Assembly: GCA_038087875.1 (NCBI GenBank)
Contig: CM075989.1
Location: forward strand, 8,248,001 to 8,312,000
Length of the DNA stretch: 64,000 nt
From: Malacoraja senta
Lineage: Eukaryota
Reading direction: 5' to 3'
This document shows positions 25,729-41,450 of the stretch, one piece after another (the stretch's first letter is position 1; each line of letters begins with the position of its first letter). The position numbers and the translations under genes are program-made. A model generated the notes under the pieces. The model saw nothing but the letters and a program-made list of their open reading frames with translations, was not told the origin of the DNA and did not search any database.

Positions 25729-26755
25729 TATGGAAAGGTATTATCCAGGTCATTTTATATACCATGTACATTAGAGAATCTACCCTCTCTGGCTGCTTTC
25801 TTTCAGTGAGTATGAGCCAAGAAATAGCTTCATTCTTGGATCCGGCAGTTTATCCATGCACCCCAGGAGCTGAGGTTGATTATAAGTTGATACTAAATTC
25901 TAACCTGCAAGTTTTATTCCCTCCCAAAAATCTGAACTGTGAAATCATACTGAGAATAAATAGTGACCTATTTGAACTCCAAGATCAGCCATCACAAAAT
26001 AATCAATGTAATTCTGTTAAGCATCAATGCAAAAAGCCACCAAAGTTAAATTTCTGGTTAACTCTCACTTGTTAAGATCACATGTATTGTTAAGGAATCG
26101 TGAAATCAATTGTAAACTAAAAAGCTATTGTCAGGGTTATCTGCCCAACAATTTGTTGCTAAATTCCCCTCATTTAACATGGGTATTTAACCACTAATAT
26201 TAGGCAGTATCATTTTAATGTGTACGCTAAATATCTAGCCTTACTAAGTAACGACCTCTCTAGGCTGTAGTATCTTAAGAAATTCATAGTTTCTTCATAT
26301 ATGAAAGAGATATGATGATCATGCAGAAAGACTGTAAAAGACTGGCCTTGTTAAACAAATTCATACAGCAGCAGGCAAAGCTGAATCAGGGCCAATGGCC
26401 AAAGTACAGAGATAAGGTTGGCACTTCTCCAATGCTTGCCGTCTCCAGGAATTCAAAATCATTTCAATGCTGCTTTGAGCAGACCATTGAGAAATATTAT
26501 TGGAGCAATAAAAAGAATGTCTTCTCATTTTCTTTGATCTCTTTAGTTATTACAAATATTGGAGATGGCAAAAGAGACTGGTTAATTGGGTGGGCTGTTT
26601 GGAGATGAGAGGTGATCTGGCACGCAAGCCAACAGATTTGGCAGCAGTCATAATGCAGGATGTGGTTAAAGAACAGGAGAGAATGTGTGATTAATCGAGA
26701 CTCATTGGATACTTGGAAGTCCAGAGCAGCAATGACAATTATTTATTATAAGTTA

Positions 26756-26858
26756 GGGGTGGGAGTTTGCAATCAACCCGGTGTGCACAATCAAATAAGA
26801 TCAAATAAAACAAGTTGTCCGACAACTTTAGGCTGTGCACGCCATACGCAAGAAGAAG
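26756..26858 (+). mobile_element. Same short retroposon family with the ribozyme core deleted
   Basis: ggggtgggagtttgcaatcaacc followed by the family 3' half and (GAA)n; degenerate TSD attataagtta/attataggtaa. Confidence 0.8.
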
Positions 26859-27597
26859 ATTATAGGTAAAATAAAGACCATAAAACATTTGATAGAAGAT
26901 GGAGGCAGCACGAAGGATCATTTTATCAGGTGACAAGCTTGTTCCTACGTCAGATCTCTATCCTCCGGCACAGTGGGAATGCAAAGATTTCAAATCAGTT
27001 TGTGATTGACTGTTTTAGGATTCAAGCCTGCCTGAAATATCCCCCGATGTGAAACCAGCATTCTAAACCAATCGCTCAGTCACCTATAACAGTCTCTTGA
27101 TATTTGTAACATCTGAAACGAGCACCAACATTTATCAAGATCAGTGCAAGAAAATATTGCCTTATTTTCTCGAAAGTCTGAGGAGAAAGGATGAGATTAG
27201 TTGTTTGTAGCTAGAAATGGAGGGAAAATTCTTCTCTCACTTCAGTTGGTTGTGGCAAGAGAAGTGGGCGAGGAAAGGTGGTGTGGGAGGTGTGGAGAGG
27301 CTCTGAGAGAAATTCAACTCTAAAAAATTGGCTCCAGAAATTGGATTGATCTGTCTACCAAATGCAATCCAGATAATCACAGGGGGGTTAAAAAAATGAT
27401 TTTATGTTTCAAACAATTTAGATATCACACTTCCCACCTTGCCTTTTTTGACTGGCACTTTTTTCCCTCTAATATTTTCACAAGAATGAATTAAATTGTT
27501 CAAAGTAAATATAATGATATTCAACCTTTATTAGTGCACAAGTGATTTTTCTCCTTGGGCTGCTCACAGCAGTATTCTTTCAACACTGGTTTATTAA

Positions 27598-28733
27598 ATC
27601 AAAATTAGAGCATATGGTATTGGGGGTAGGGTATTGACACGGATAGAAAATTGATTGGCAGACAGGAAACAAACAATAGGAATTAACGGGTAACTTTCAG
27701 AATGGCAGGCAGTGACTAGTGGGGTGCCGCAAGGCTCGGTGCTGGGACCGCAGCTATTTACAATATATATTAATGATTTAGATGACGGAATTAAAAGTAA
27801 CATTAGCAAATTTGCAGATGACACAAAGCTGGGTGGCAGTGTGAACTGTGAGGAGGATTCTATGAGGATGCAGGGTGACTTGGATAGGTTGGGTGAGTGG
27901 GCAGATGCATGGAAGATGCAGTATAATGTGGATAAATGTGAGGTTATCCACTTTGGTGGCAAGAACAAGAAGCAGGATTATTATCTGAATGGTGTCAGAT
28001 TAGGAAAAGGGGAAATGCAACGAGATCTGGGTGTCCTTGTACATCAGTCACTGAAAGTAAGCATGCAGGTACAGCAGGCAGTGAAGAAAGCTAATGGCAG
28101 GTTGGCCTTCATAATGAGAGGATTTGAGTATAAGAGCAAACCGGTCCTTCTGCAGTTGTACAGGGCCCTGGTGAGACCACACCTGGAGTATTGTGTGCAG
28201 GTTTGGACTAATTTGAGGAAGGACATTCTTGCTATTGAGGGAGTGCAGTGTAGGTTCACAGGGTTAATTCCCGGATGGCGGGACTGTGATAAAATGAAAG
28301 ATTGGAAAGACTGGGCTTGTATTCACTGGAATTTAGAAGGATGAGAGGCTATCTTATAGAAACATATAAAATTATTAATGGATTGGACAAGCTAGATGTT
28401 GGAAACATGTTCCCGATGTTGGGGGAATCCAGAACCAGGGGCCACAGTTTAAGAAGAGAGGGGTAGGCCATTTAGAACTGAGATGAGAAAAACATTTTCG
28501 CCCAGAGAGTTGTGCATTTGTGGAATTTTCTACCTCAGAGGGCAGTGGAGGCCTATTTGCTGGATGCATTCAAAAGAGAGTTAGGTAGAGCTCAGGGCTA
28601 GCGGAATCAAGGGATATGGGGAGAAAGCAGGAACGGGGTACTGATTGTGGATGATCAGCCATGATCAAATTGAATGGTGGTGCTGGCTCGAAGGGCCGAA
28701 TAGCCTACTCCTGCACCTATTTTCTATGTTTCT
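27598..28733 (+). mobile_element. CR1 LINE, 5'-truncated (RT to 3' end)
   Basis: TSGVPQGSVLGP, KFADDTK, RPHLEYCVQ motifs; ttctatgtttcta tail. Confidence 0.95.
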
Positions 28734-29177
28734 AAATATTGAAAATGAGAAAAAGTCTGTTTGACGGGGCATGTTTGCTGAAGGTGGGAGGATCAGATGA
28801 TAAAATCTCAAAGAACATGTGTTGCTCGGGTAGAAAACAGTGGTGTAGAATTGCTGCCTCGCAGCTCCAGTAATCTCGATTCATTCTTCCCTTCCAGTGA
28901 TGTCTGTGTCGAGTTTGCACATTCTTCCCATCACTGTGGTTTCCTCTAGGTGCTCCAGATTCCTCCCATGTTCAAAAGACCTGCAGGTCAGCAGGCTAAT
29001 TTGGCCTCTGTAAATGGCTCCCAGAGTGAAGGCAAATAGTAGGATCTGCAGTGACTTGATCAGAATGTGAGGAGAACAAAAGAGATTGCTGTACGTTTAG
29101 TATAAATCGATGTTTGTTTGATGCGTTCTCAGGGATGTGAAAGGCCTGTTTCTGTGCTGTATGACTTTGAGACCCTT

Positions 29178-29930
29178 TAGACAATAGACAATAGGTGCAG
29201 GAGTAGGCCATTCGGCCCTTCAATGTGATCATGGCTGATCATCCCCAATCAGTGCCCCGTTCCTGCCTTCTCCCCATATCCCCTGACTCCGCTATCTTTA
29301 AGAGCCCTATCTAGCTCTCTCTTGAAAGTATCCAGAGAACCGGCCTCCACCGCCATCTGAGGCAGAGAATTTCACACTCACAACTCTCTGTGAGAAAAAG
29401 TGTTTCCCCGTCTCCATTCTAAATGGCTTACCCCTTATTCTTGAACTGTGGCCCCTGGTTCTGGACTCCCCCAACATCGGGAACATATTTCCTGCCTCCT
29501 GCGTGTCCAAACCCTTAATAATCTTATATGTTTCAATAAGACAACCTCTCATCCTTCTAAACTCCAGAGTGTACACGCCCAGCCGCTCCATTTTCTCAGC
29601 ATATGACAGTCCCGCCATCCCGGGAATTAACCTTGTAAACCTACGCTGCACTCCCTCAATAGCAAGAATGTCCTTCCTCAAATTAGGGGCCCAAAACTGC
29701 ACACAATACTCCAGGTGTGGTCTCATTAGGGCCCTGTACAACTGCAGAAGGACCTCTTTGCTCTTATACTCGACTCCTCTTGTTATGAAGGCCAACATGC
29801 CATTTGCTTTCTTCACTGCCTGCTGTACCTGCATGCTTACTTTCATAGACTGATGAACAAGGACCCCCAGATCCCGTTGTACTTCCCCTTTTCCCAACTT
29901 GACGCCATTTAAATAGTAATCTGCCTTCCT
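29178..29930 (-). mobile_element. CR1 LINE 3' fragment
   Basis: 196-aa [23 protein letters not shown]; (tattgtc)n tail. Confidence 0.93.
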
Positions 29931-32454
29931 TTACAACAGTGAAGAGAGAATACAGAAGATGTAAGTGTGCACTGCACTCAAATGTGTTGCAGCACCACTG
30001 AACGTTGACAAAGCAACTGGAACAGAGTATGTACTTTGAACTATGTTGCATGGTGGAGTAACTGAAACCAATGCAATGTAAAACTGAAAAATATAAATAT
30101 CTAGGTTAATATGAAAGATTATCTAGAAGCTGCCTGGCTGAATCTCTGCCTATGTAAAATAAGCATATTGTAACAGTGGAGTTACAAATAACACCAGTGC
30201 TCATAATTAAGGAAAGGAAATGGTAACCTGTATTGTATAACCATGCAACAGGAAGTGCTAGATTGATATTCCAATGGACTGCTAATGGTCATATTGATTG
30301 TAGGTGTTATGTTGTAACCTTCTGATGTATCTGAAGCTTTCGGATCTTAATTGCAAATGCACTATCAACTTGTTGGTCCCAAGGTCAGGTTTAAGACTTG
30401 TGACAGGAGAACAAATGTTGGCTGTGTTGCAGCAGTCAGTTGAAGGAGGGCGTTGACAGCCCATGTCTCAAATTGGAGTAGAAAAAGGATCTTGGCATGA
30501 ATGGGAAATGAGGTGAGTGGCAAGGACTGGGTTGGAGATCAAGGTCGTTTTCTTGGGGCGCAGTGAGTTCTGGGGTCTGGAGATTCACCGATTGCAATCT
30601 TGACATTTGGCTAACCACAAGGGCAGGATGGGGTTTGAGGAGAGTTTGAGAGGGTTGGTGCAATGGTTTTTGGGGATGGGAGCTCATCAAAGTTTACAGG
30701 ATAAGTAGAGCACTTGCCTAGTAGGGTTCCCAGTTCAACATTAGATAATTCTGAGAATGTCATGGGACAAGATGGCCATGCTCCTCTCCAGTGTTCCAAA
30801 CGGAGCCATGCACAGGGAATCACACATCTTGATCACAGACCATGGAAACATTTCAAGGATGCGCGAGTGCAACCAGTTGAATCCTGGGAGAAACTTGAAA
30901 CTAGTCATTATCGTGTTTCACTCCTGAGAAAAATGTTATGTAAGTCAATTTCTAGGTTTCACCGCCAGAAATAAAAACAAAAATTGGAAAGATGAAAAAA
31001 TGAAAAAAATTGAAAAAATGAAACCTATCCAAAAATTGAGTTTTAATTTGTTTTTAGGATCAACACAGGCAAGAGAGATGTTTCAAAGCAATTGCACATC
31101 TTATGTTTGGGGTGCAGTTTATAAACTGACTGAGTGAACGATCACAACTCTTTAATGTGACACTATCTTAGAACATCAAGCTGCATGTCAGAACCATTTG
31201 TGATCATTGACACAAAACTCTATCCTTGTTAAAACATGGCCGTTGAGAGCCAAATATTTTCTGTGGAAGTTTAACAAATTAATTGCATTAAACACAACAA
31301 GAAAAGTCAGAAGCCAGCTTGTAAGATATTTCATGATATTACCAATGTTATTTTCAGGACATCTTTTTTGGCTTTTTTTTTAGCTACAGTTTTCTTTTCC
31401 TTCCTTTCTAACAATGTTGATAAGTTTCTAAGGAATGTTTCAGGAACGTTGCTAAAGTTAGCCATATGTTTGTCCAGACAGTGAATGACAGTACGTTATT
31501 GAAACTGAGGTTCCGCCAATGGAGTTCAATCCAATCCCATCATCTTTCAGGAACAGAAATATTTTCCAGGAAGAATAACTGAATCTCAGTCAAATCTGGG
31601 ATCACAGGCAGATCCCACTTACTCTCACAACAAAAAAACAATAAGACTATTTGTCCTAAAACTGCTGGAGGAACTCAGTAGGTCAGTAGCATCTGTAGAG
31701 GGAAATGCATACACCTTTTGTCCCATTGGTATTGTTGCTCGGTAAAATATAAAGGTCAGTAGCTGCTGCTCATCTTACAGCAGGTATTGTAATAACCAGC
31801 AGACACTCTTTTGGAAGCGGTGGTGTTGACTAGAATCAACAAGTGAATGACACCCATTACACACTCACAATAGACTTGAAGCATCTCTGTGCAGAGGAAC
31901 CTCATAGCTCCAGAGACACATGTTTGACCATGACATCTAGTGCTGTTCATATTATCTCTCTAACTTCCTGTGTTTCTTGATATTCATGTGAGAAAAAGAT
32001 AGGTAGCAGCAAAACTAATTGGGGAATGGGATTGTCCTGAGAGCAGACATCGACTCAATGGGCCAAATGGCCGCCTTTTAAGTCACATGAAAGAATGAGA
32101 AATATAAAATATTGTAAATAGTTCATTCAAATCCCCTGATCATCCCAAACAGATGTACTACCAATAACTTAACAATTGCTTGTATCAGTATCTCCGAACA
32201 TCAGTTATACATCATTACAATTATTTGGCACATGAGATATGTAGACACTGGTTTATATTAACTGGAACATCATTACATTTGTTACATATAATCACATAAA
32301 TACATTACCACACAATGATACTTTAATGTCCTAACTTTAGTTAAAATGTTAGAAAATAAATTAAGACTAGACTAAGTGGGACCCCTTGGGTCCCAGTTTC
32401 ACACGGGAGGGCTGGTCCCCCAACGCAATATTCCACCTCTCCACCAATTCCAAT

Positions 32455-32529
32455 ATACACACACACACACACCTTCCACCTCACACACACACACACACAC
32501 ATCCTCCACCTCACACACACACACATCCT

Positions 32530-32591
<62 letters not shown>

Positions 32592-32715
32592 CCACCTCAC
32601 ACACACACGCTCACACTCACACTCACACTCACACTCACACTCACACTCACACTCACACTCACACTCACACTCACACTCACACACACACACATACACACAC
32701 ACACACACATACACT

Positions 32716-32751
<36 letters not shown>

Positions 32752-33180
32752 CACACATACACTCACACTCACACATACACACACACTCACTCACACACAC
32801 ACACAGACTCACACATACACACACACACACTCTCACACGCACACACAAACACTCTCACACGCACACACTTACACTCACACACACACATACACTCACACAC
32901 GCACACCTACTAATGCACACACACATACACACACACACACACACTCATACACGCACACACACACACATATATACACTCACACACATACACTCACACACAC
33001 ATACACTCACACACACACTCACACACAGACACATACACTCACACATACACACACACTCACTCACACACACACACAGACTCACACACACACTCACACACAC
33101 AGCCTCACACACACACATACACTCACACACACACATACACTCACACACACACACACTCACACTCACTGACTCACACACCA
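32455..33180. repeat. Compound (CA)n/(CACACT)n microsatellite
   Basis: Directly visible. Confidence 0.98.
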
Positions 33181-33363
33181 TATATATGACAGTAAACTTT
33201 CTTGAATCGACTTACACGGCTGAGCGCAGCCTCTCCATAGTGGGGCTTCCGCAGTCAGTGGCACTTCCGCAATCAGCGCGACGTCTGCACTCACCGGAAA
33301 TTACGCAATCAGCGCGACCTGTCCACTAAGCGGAAGTCACGAAATGAGCGGGACTTTTGGACT

Positions 33364-33572
33364 AAACACAGTCGGACCTAATAAAACATTTATTCCTTCC
33401 AAACACAGTCGGACCTAATAAAGCATTTATTCCTTCCAAACACAGTCGGACCTAATAAAGCATTTATTCCTTCCAAACACAGTCGGACCTAATAAAGCAT
33501 TTATTCCTTCAAAAACACAGTTGAACCTAATAAAGCATTTATTTCAAACACAGTCGGACCTAATAAAGCATT
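33364..33572. repeat. 37-bp minisatellite, about 5.5 copies
   Basis: Unit aaacacagtcggacctaataaagcatttattccttcc. Confidence 0.95.
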
Positions 33573-35699
33573 GCAGTTTCAAGCACAGACTGGGCAGCAG
33601 GCCAAACAACTCATGGCATTGTCATTAAGGGCTAACAAATCATTTATTACAAGTACATTGCAGACTCACAGTTCAGTTGATTCACAGCTTAGAACGACAG
33701 TCGTGGCCTTTCCCTAGCGATTTTGCAGAGTGACTGACTCACGTCCAGGCATCCGGGGTTTTATAGTCCGCCCCCCCCCCCCCCACCGGAAGGGGCGTTA
33801 CCTTCATCACAGTCATTGACAGGTGAGAGGACCAATCAGCTGATCTCAAGGATTTTTAAACACTCATAATGTTTTTATTTTCATCGATGGGAAAAATCCT
33901 CGGGGCTGGCTCAGCGGAGGAGGACTATGAGTAAGATGGCCAAAAATCACAGTGATACAGGGTAGCGATTTTTCTAAAATCAATATGCAGCGCAGGCAGG
34001 AAGTGGTCAAGATGAGACTTTTAATTATATATAGATTATGGGATGTAATGTTATCCTAACCCACAGGTGGGGAACCGAATAGATTGCATGCACCAACAAT
34101 TTTACACACAATCTGATATTGGTCTCCATTGACTTCAATGGAGAATAATATTGCACTAAGTTTAAATCCTGCTTTCAACCCCATCTGTTCAGTTTCCACT
34201 GGGCATATTAGGTTAAAACTGTTTCTTACTGCCTATGTAATATTTTTGGAGTAGATTACTTTGTGTTACCTGATGTGGGACTGGTGATATCTGCAGTGGG
34301 TGTCTGAACTGGTCTATTCAACCGGGACATGAAGAACACAAAGTTCACACATCATTTACACCTTCCCCTCATGCTACCGAATAGAATGTATTTACTACAG
34401 TTCTTAAACTGCCCGTCACTCCACGTTGCCCTTTCACGTGAAGCAGAAAATATAACCCAATGTGTGTGGTGTAGAAATCCATCAACATTATATCTGAAAA
34501 TCTATTTACTCTCAGAAAATTAAGATGTTACAGAGGTTGGAAACGTTCAGACTATGTGAAAGATACAGATGGCGGAGGGAAGAAATTGGCAGGAAATGTC
34601 CACAGAGATGAGGTTAGCAATGGCTGCAGGTCAATGCTAATGTGTTGCCTGACCTTCAAATCATTCACTCTTCAATTCCTTCTCTGCCGCAAGGTGTTTT
34701 TGTAGACTTTCCTAACACGCTGCTAATTACAACTACAACATTTAAAAGAAAATACATCATGCAATAAAGCACATAGATGTAATTGTGAGTCGTCACAAAT
34801 TCAGTTTCCCATCTGTGGTTGGCCTCCTGTTGCTATTTCTGACCTGTTCGCTATCTCATTTAACAGGCTGTTTAAAGATGATTAATTATTTTAAATTCTC
34901 TTGATGTTGGCCAAAGGAATATCGTTATCAGTGAGTAAAATTTCCAACAAGAATTCATTGGATTTAGTCAGTTCACACCATTTGTTCTGATTTGAAAATT
35001 AAATGGCATTTAATTATTTTATTTAATTTCCTGGCATTGTTGATTTAAGGTGTGTACAGTCGGCTTCCGATTAAGCTGGATGGTTGCCAGACACATGATT
35101 GAGTAGACACAGTCAGTAGGAAGAAGCATGGCACAGTAAAGGGCAGCTCAATCATTCAGCTCAGCTATGTAGCGAAAGCAAACTCGAATTTATAGATCTT
35201 AAAAGTACTGAAGAATCTACATAACTGGTGCTAATCTGACATTTCAGTTCAGATAAAAGGCCATTGATCTGAAACGTTAATTGGTTTGGAAATCAATGGT
35301 GGTTGCTTCCATTGACAGATGAGAGTTGGGGACTTTCTGAAGGTTTGATTGCTGTGTGTTATGGACTTTTAACCCTGCCGTTACCCATCAACCGATTCCC
35401 TATCTAATATTCGGCTTCCAGCTGCATGGATAGAGTCTAGTGGTGCCTGTAGCAGCAGGTGGATCTACACCCTGGAAGTGTGCATTAGGTGTTGGTAGAA
35501 GTGGAGGGCTCTGGTTTGATATGGTCAGGGCTTAGTAGGTTTAGGAGGGATAGTGGATGATTTATTTTTGTTCCACTTGGCTTGAACTGATGCTGGTCAC
35601 CAATTCCTGAGGCTGGAGAGATTCAGCTACCCACAATAAAATCTGTAAAGCAGTTGAATTCAGAAGTTGCTGGGTTCATTTTAAATACTTCAGGTTGCC

Positions 35700-38100
<2,401 letters not shown>

Positions 38101-38266
38101 GTTTTAAGAATTCATCATCCAATCGAGTTCCAACTCACCATGTCAAGGGTTAAGATTCTTCTCTATACAGTTACTGCCTAACCTGCCTAATGTTTGTATC
38201 TGCACTCCTCATGATATATTTTACCCTATCAGACAAATGGCATAAATATCAAATAACTAATTTTTA

Positions 38267-38655
38267 AAGGTACACAAAAATGCTGGAGAAACTCAGCGGG
38301 TGCAGCAGCATCTATGGAGTGAAGGAAATAGGTAACGTTTCGGGCCGAAACCCTTCTTCAGACTGATAGGGGGTGGGGAGAAGAAAGGAAAAAAGGAAAA
38401 AGGCGGAGGAGGAGCCCGAGGGCTGGGGGAGGGAGGAGACAACCAGATGGCTCCTCCCCTCCCCCAGCCCTCGGGCTCCTCCTCCGCCTTTTTCCTTTTT
38501 TCCTTTCTTCTCCCCACCCCCTATCAGTCTGAAGAAGGGTTTCGGCCCGAAACGTTACCTATTTCCTTCGCTCCATAGATGCTGCTGCACCCGCTGAGTT
38601 TCTCCAGCATTTTTGTGTACCTTCGATTTTCCAGCATCTGCAGTTCCTTCTTTAA
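38267..38655. mobile_element. Near-perfect fold-back PLE pseudo-LTR element
   Basis: ~170-bp inverted arms; TSD aactaatttttaaa at 38255-38268 and 38656-38669. Confidence 0.93.
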
Positions 38656-38916
38656 AACTAATTTTTAAAAACTGACATCTACATTAAAACAAAAATCAGA
38701 ATGTAATAAGTTGTCTGGCCTCACCAACCTATCTTACCCATGTTTGATTTTAAACTAAGCAGATTTTTTTTTAAACATTCATAGGATGTGGATACCTCTG
38801 TAATACCAGCATTATTATCCAGCCCCAATTGTGCCCTGAACTGATAAGACAATTAAAAGTCAATCACTGGTGCCTCCGGAGTATCATTTAAGCCCGACTG
38901 AATAAGCGTGGCAGGT

Positions 38917-39050
38917 TGTACAGGAAGGAACTGCAGATGCTGGTCTATACCGAAGATAGACACAAAGTGTTTGGAGTAACTCAGCGGGTCAGGCAGCATC
39001 TTTGGAGAAAAAGGATGGGTGACTTTTTGGGTCGGGACCCTTCCTCAGAT
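38917..39050 (-). mobile_element. Short PLE pseudo-LTR copy
   Basis: aggaaggaactgcagatgctgg...gggtcgggacccttcctcaga. Confidence 0.8.
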
Positions 39051-39534
39051 GGCTGATTGCCTTCCTGAAGAACATTAATGAACAGGACAGATTTAACACA
39101 AATCTAATAGTTTCATGGTTATTACTATTGAGAGTAGATATTTTTTTATTCCAAATTTATTTAATGACTGGAATTTAAATTACCCTGTGCATGGTGGGAT
39201 TCAAACTCAGAATTAAAGGTTCAGAACTCTGGTTGTTTACTAGTAACTGAACCATTAAACTATCATATCCAGAGGAACGTCGTAATCCTTTTGCATGCCC
39301 CTTTACACATGTATTTACACTGCTGCAACCCCAATATGCCATTACTATTTATTTACGAATACTCCAACTGTTTAATTTATTCAATAATGTTATTGTCTGT
39401 TTAACACTTGTGCCAATAATGTTGAATGGTTTTCCTTTAATACTGTAGATTTGTTCTTTTCCAGTGGACTCCAATCTGCAGTAGACCCATTGTTTCAAAT
39501 CACTTTGTATTCTATCATGTTGTAGCTGTAGAAA

Positions 39535-39836
39535 GGATGGCATGGTGGCGCAGCAGTAGAGTTGCTGCCTTACAGCACCAGAGACCTGGGTTCAATTCTG
39601 ACTACGGGTGCTGTCTGTACGGTTTGTACATTCTCCCCTTGGGTTCACATGGGTTTTCTCCGGGTGCTCTGGTTTCCTCCCACACTCAAAGACGTACAGG
39701 TTTGCAGGTTAATTGGCTTAGGTAAAGATTGTAACTTGTCCCTATTGTGTAGGATAGTGTTAGCATATGGGGATTGCTGGTCGGAGCGGACTCAGTTGGT
39801 CAAAGGGCCTGTTTCCGCTCTCTCTAAACTAAACTA
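39535..39836 (+). mobile_element. V-SINE/HE1-like SINE
   Basis: A/B boxes, V-domain, (taaac)n tail. Confidence 0.9.
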
Positions 39837-40611
39837 ATAGGGACACATCTCTGAGGAGAGCCAAATGTATAAGGGATTCTCCATTACCCTGTCAGTTAAT
39901 GGATTCATAGACTTTTGTGAGATTGTAAACGTCTAGGTATACTGTTTGCTGCTGCTCCCTGCACTAGTAATGCCATGGGGTGAGATCATGACCTTTGATA
40001 GATGGAAGCTGCCCTGCTGTTGGGAGGAGACAGTTGAGGAAGACCTGTGAGAAGAACTGTGCATCATTACCACAGTTGGGTTTATCTACTTTCTTTGATT
40101 ATGTTATTGTGCCCCTGAAGTCTACCTAATGTGTCTGCTTTTCCCAGGTGAGGTTGTAAATTCATTGCTGAGATTCCCCTCCACCATGTTTCAGAACTTC
40201 AGCAAGGATGCTGAATGCTCCAGTGGGCCAATTATTTTACAGCTAGCGTTTGGCTGGGATACTGGTGAAACCGTGTAATGGGATGGAGCCAAGGATGCTT
40301 GCATCAAACACTAGGGTGCGATTGTGATTCTTCACTAACTGCCTCTGGTCTTGATGAATTCCGTTCCATTCTTTGCAATCAGCAGGATGTTTGGTCTATA
40401 GAGAGTGTTGGCCGAGTCGTATCCATATAAATTATCAATGCTCTGCGCTTGTGCGCTCCTGTGCTCTATCTACTCACCATCTGCTCTTTAGGTCACAAGT
40501 TTTTGTTGGCTCTCAGCCCTCAGATACCTGTAGAACCGGTTTATTTTTCTCTGGTGGAGCTTCTATCCAAGAACACCATGCATTTGTGGTTAACTGGCAA
40601 AGCATTAATCA

Positions 40612-41115
40612 GTCAAGTCAAGTCACATTTATTTATATAGCACATTTAAAAAACAACTCTCGTTGGCCAAAGTGCTTTACATTTGTTATAAGAATAATAT
40701 AAACAAACAAACTACATACATATATACATATAGCCCTCGCTCAGAGGACGTCAAGAAAGGCTTGGGAGTATAGATAAGTTTTTAGTCTTGACTTAAAGGA
40801 GTCGATGGAGGGGGCAGTTCTGATGGGAAGGGGGGTGCTGTTCCACAGTCTAGGAGCTGCAACCGCAAAGGCGCAGTCGCCCCTGAGCTTATGCCTAGAC
40901 CGCGGGATATTCAGCAACCCCAAGTCGGCCGATCTGATCTGAGGGACCTGAAGGTGGAGTGGTGGGTGAGAAGACTTTTAATGTAGGTGGGGGCAAGCCC
41001 ATTGAGGGCTTTGTAGACATAGAGGAGGATCTTGAAATGTATACAGAACCGCACAGGGAGCCAGTGGAGAGAGGCCAGGATCGGGGTGATGTGGTCCCTT
41101 TTTTTGGTGCCCGTC
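40612..41115 (-). mobile_element. L2 LINE 3' fragment
   Basis: LLNIPRSRHKLRGDCAFAVAAPRLWNS..FKSRLKTYLYSQAF. Confidence 0.9.
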
Positions 41116-41212
41116 AGATTAGAGCATTAAGGTACAGTGAAATTCAAATTACCATACAGCATACTACAAAAAAGCAACAACTACATAAACACACAACTAC
41201 ATAAAAGTTATC

Positions 41213-41450
41213 ATAATAATAATAATAATAATAATGCATTTTATTCAGGGGCGCCTTTCAAAACACTCAAGGAACCTTACAGTTAAAACAAGCAATTACA
41301 AATATATAAATAAAATGAACAACAACAAGAAGTAGTAGGGACAGCAACAATACATAATTTGGAGAGAGAGCAGCGGCAGCCAGTCAGTCACGCCAGCGTT
41401 CCCTCTCACCTCCGGAAGCCATCTTGGTAACAGAACAATCAAAAACACAT
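41213..41450 (-). mobile_element. Short L2-tailed element with (ATT)n tail, inserted in a Rex1-tailed element spanning ~41115-41740
   Basis: Homologous to 62410-62699: aagatggc...gctggcg...ggctgccgctgctctctc...tgtaagg..aaaggcgcc. Confidence 0.65.

Larger units (their letters stand above)
32367..34035 (-). mobile_element. Non-autonomous Helitron
   Basis: Minus strand begins A|TC (34035) and ends CTAG|T (32367); hairpin tgggaccc-ctt-gggtccca at 32377-32395 near the 3' end; no TSD. Confidence 0.85.

Noticed and set aside
32341..33329. His/Thr- and Cys/Val-rich ORFs up to 317 aa
   Set aside because: Translations of the (CA)n microsatellite
33364..33572. CRISPR-like 37-bp repeats
   Set aside because: Head-to-tail with no unique spacers, no cas genes, eukaryotic context
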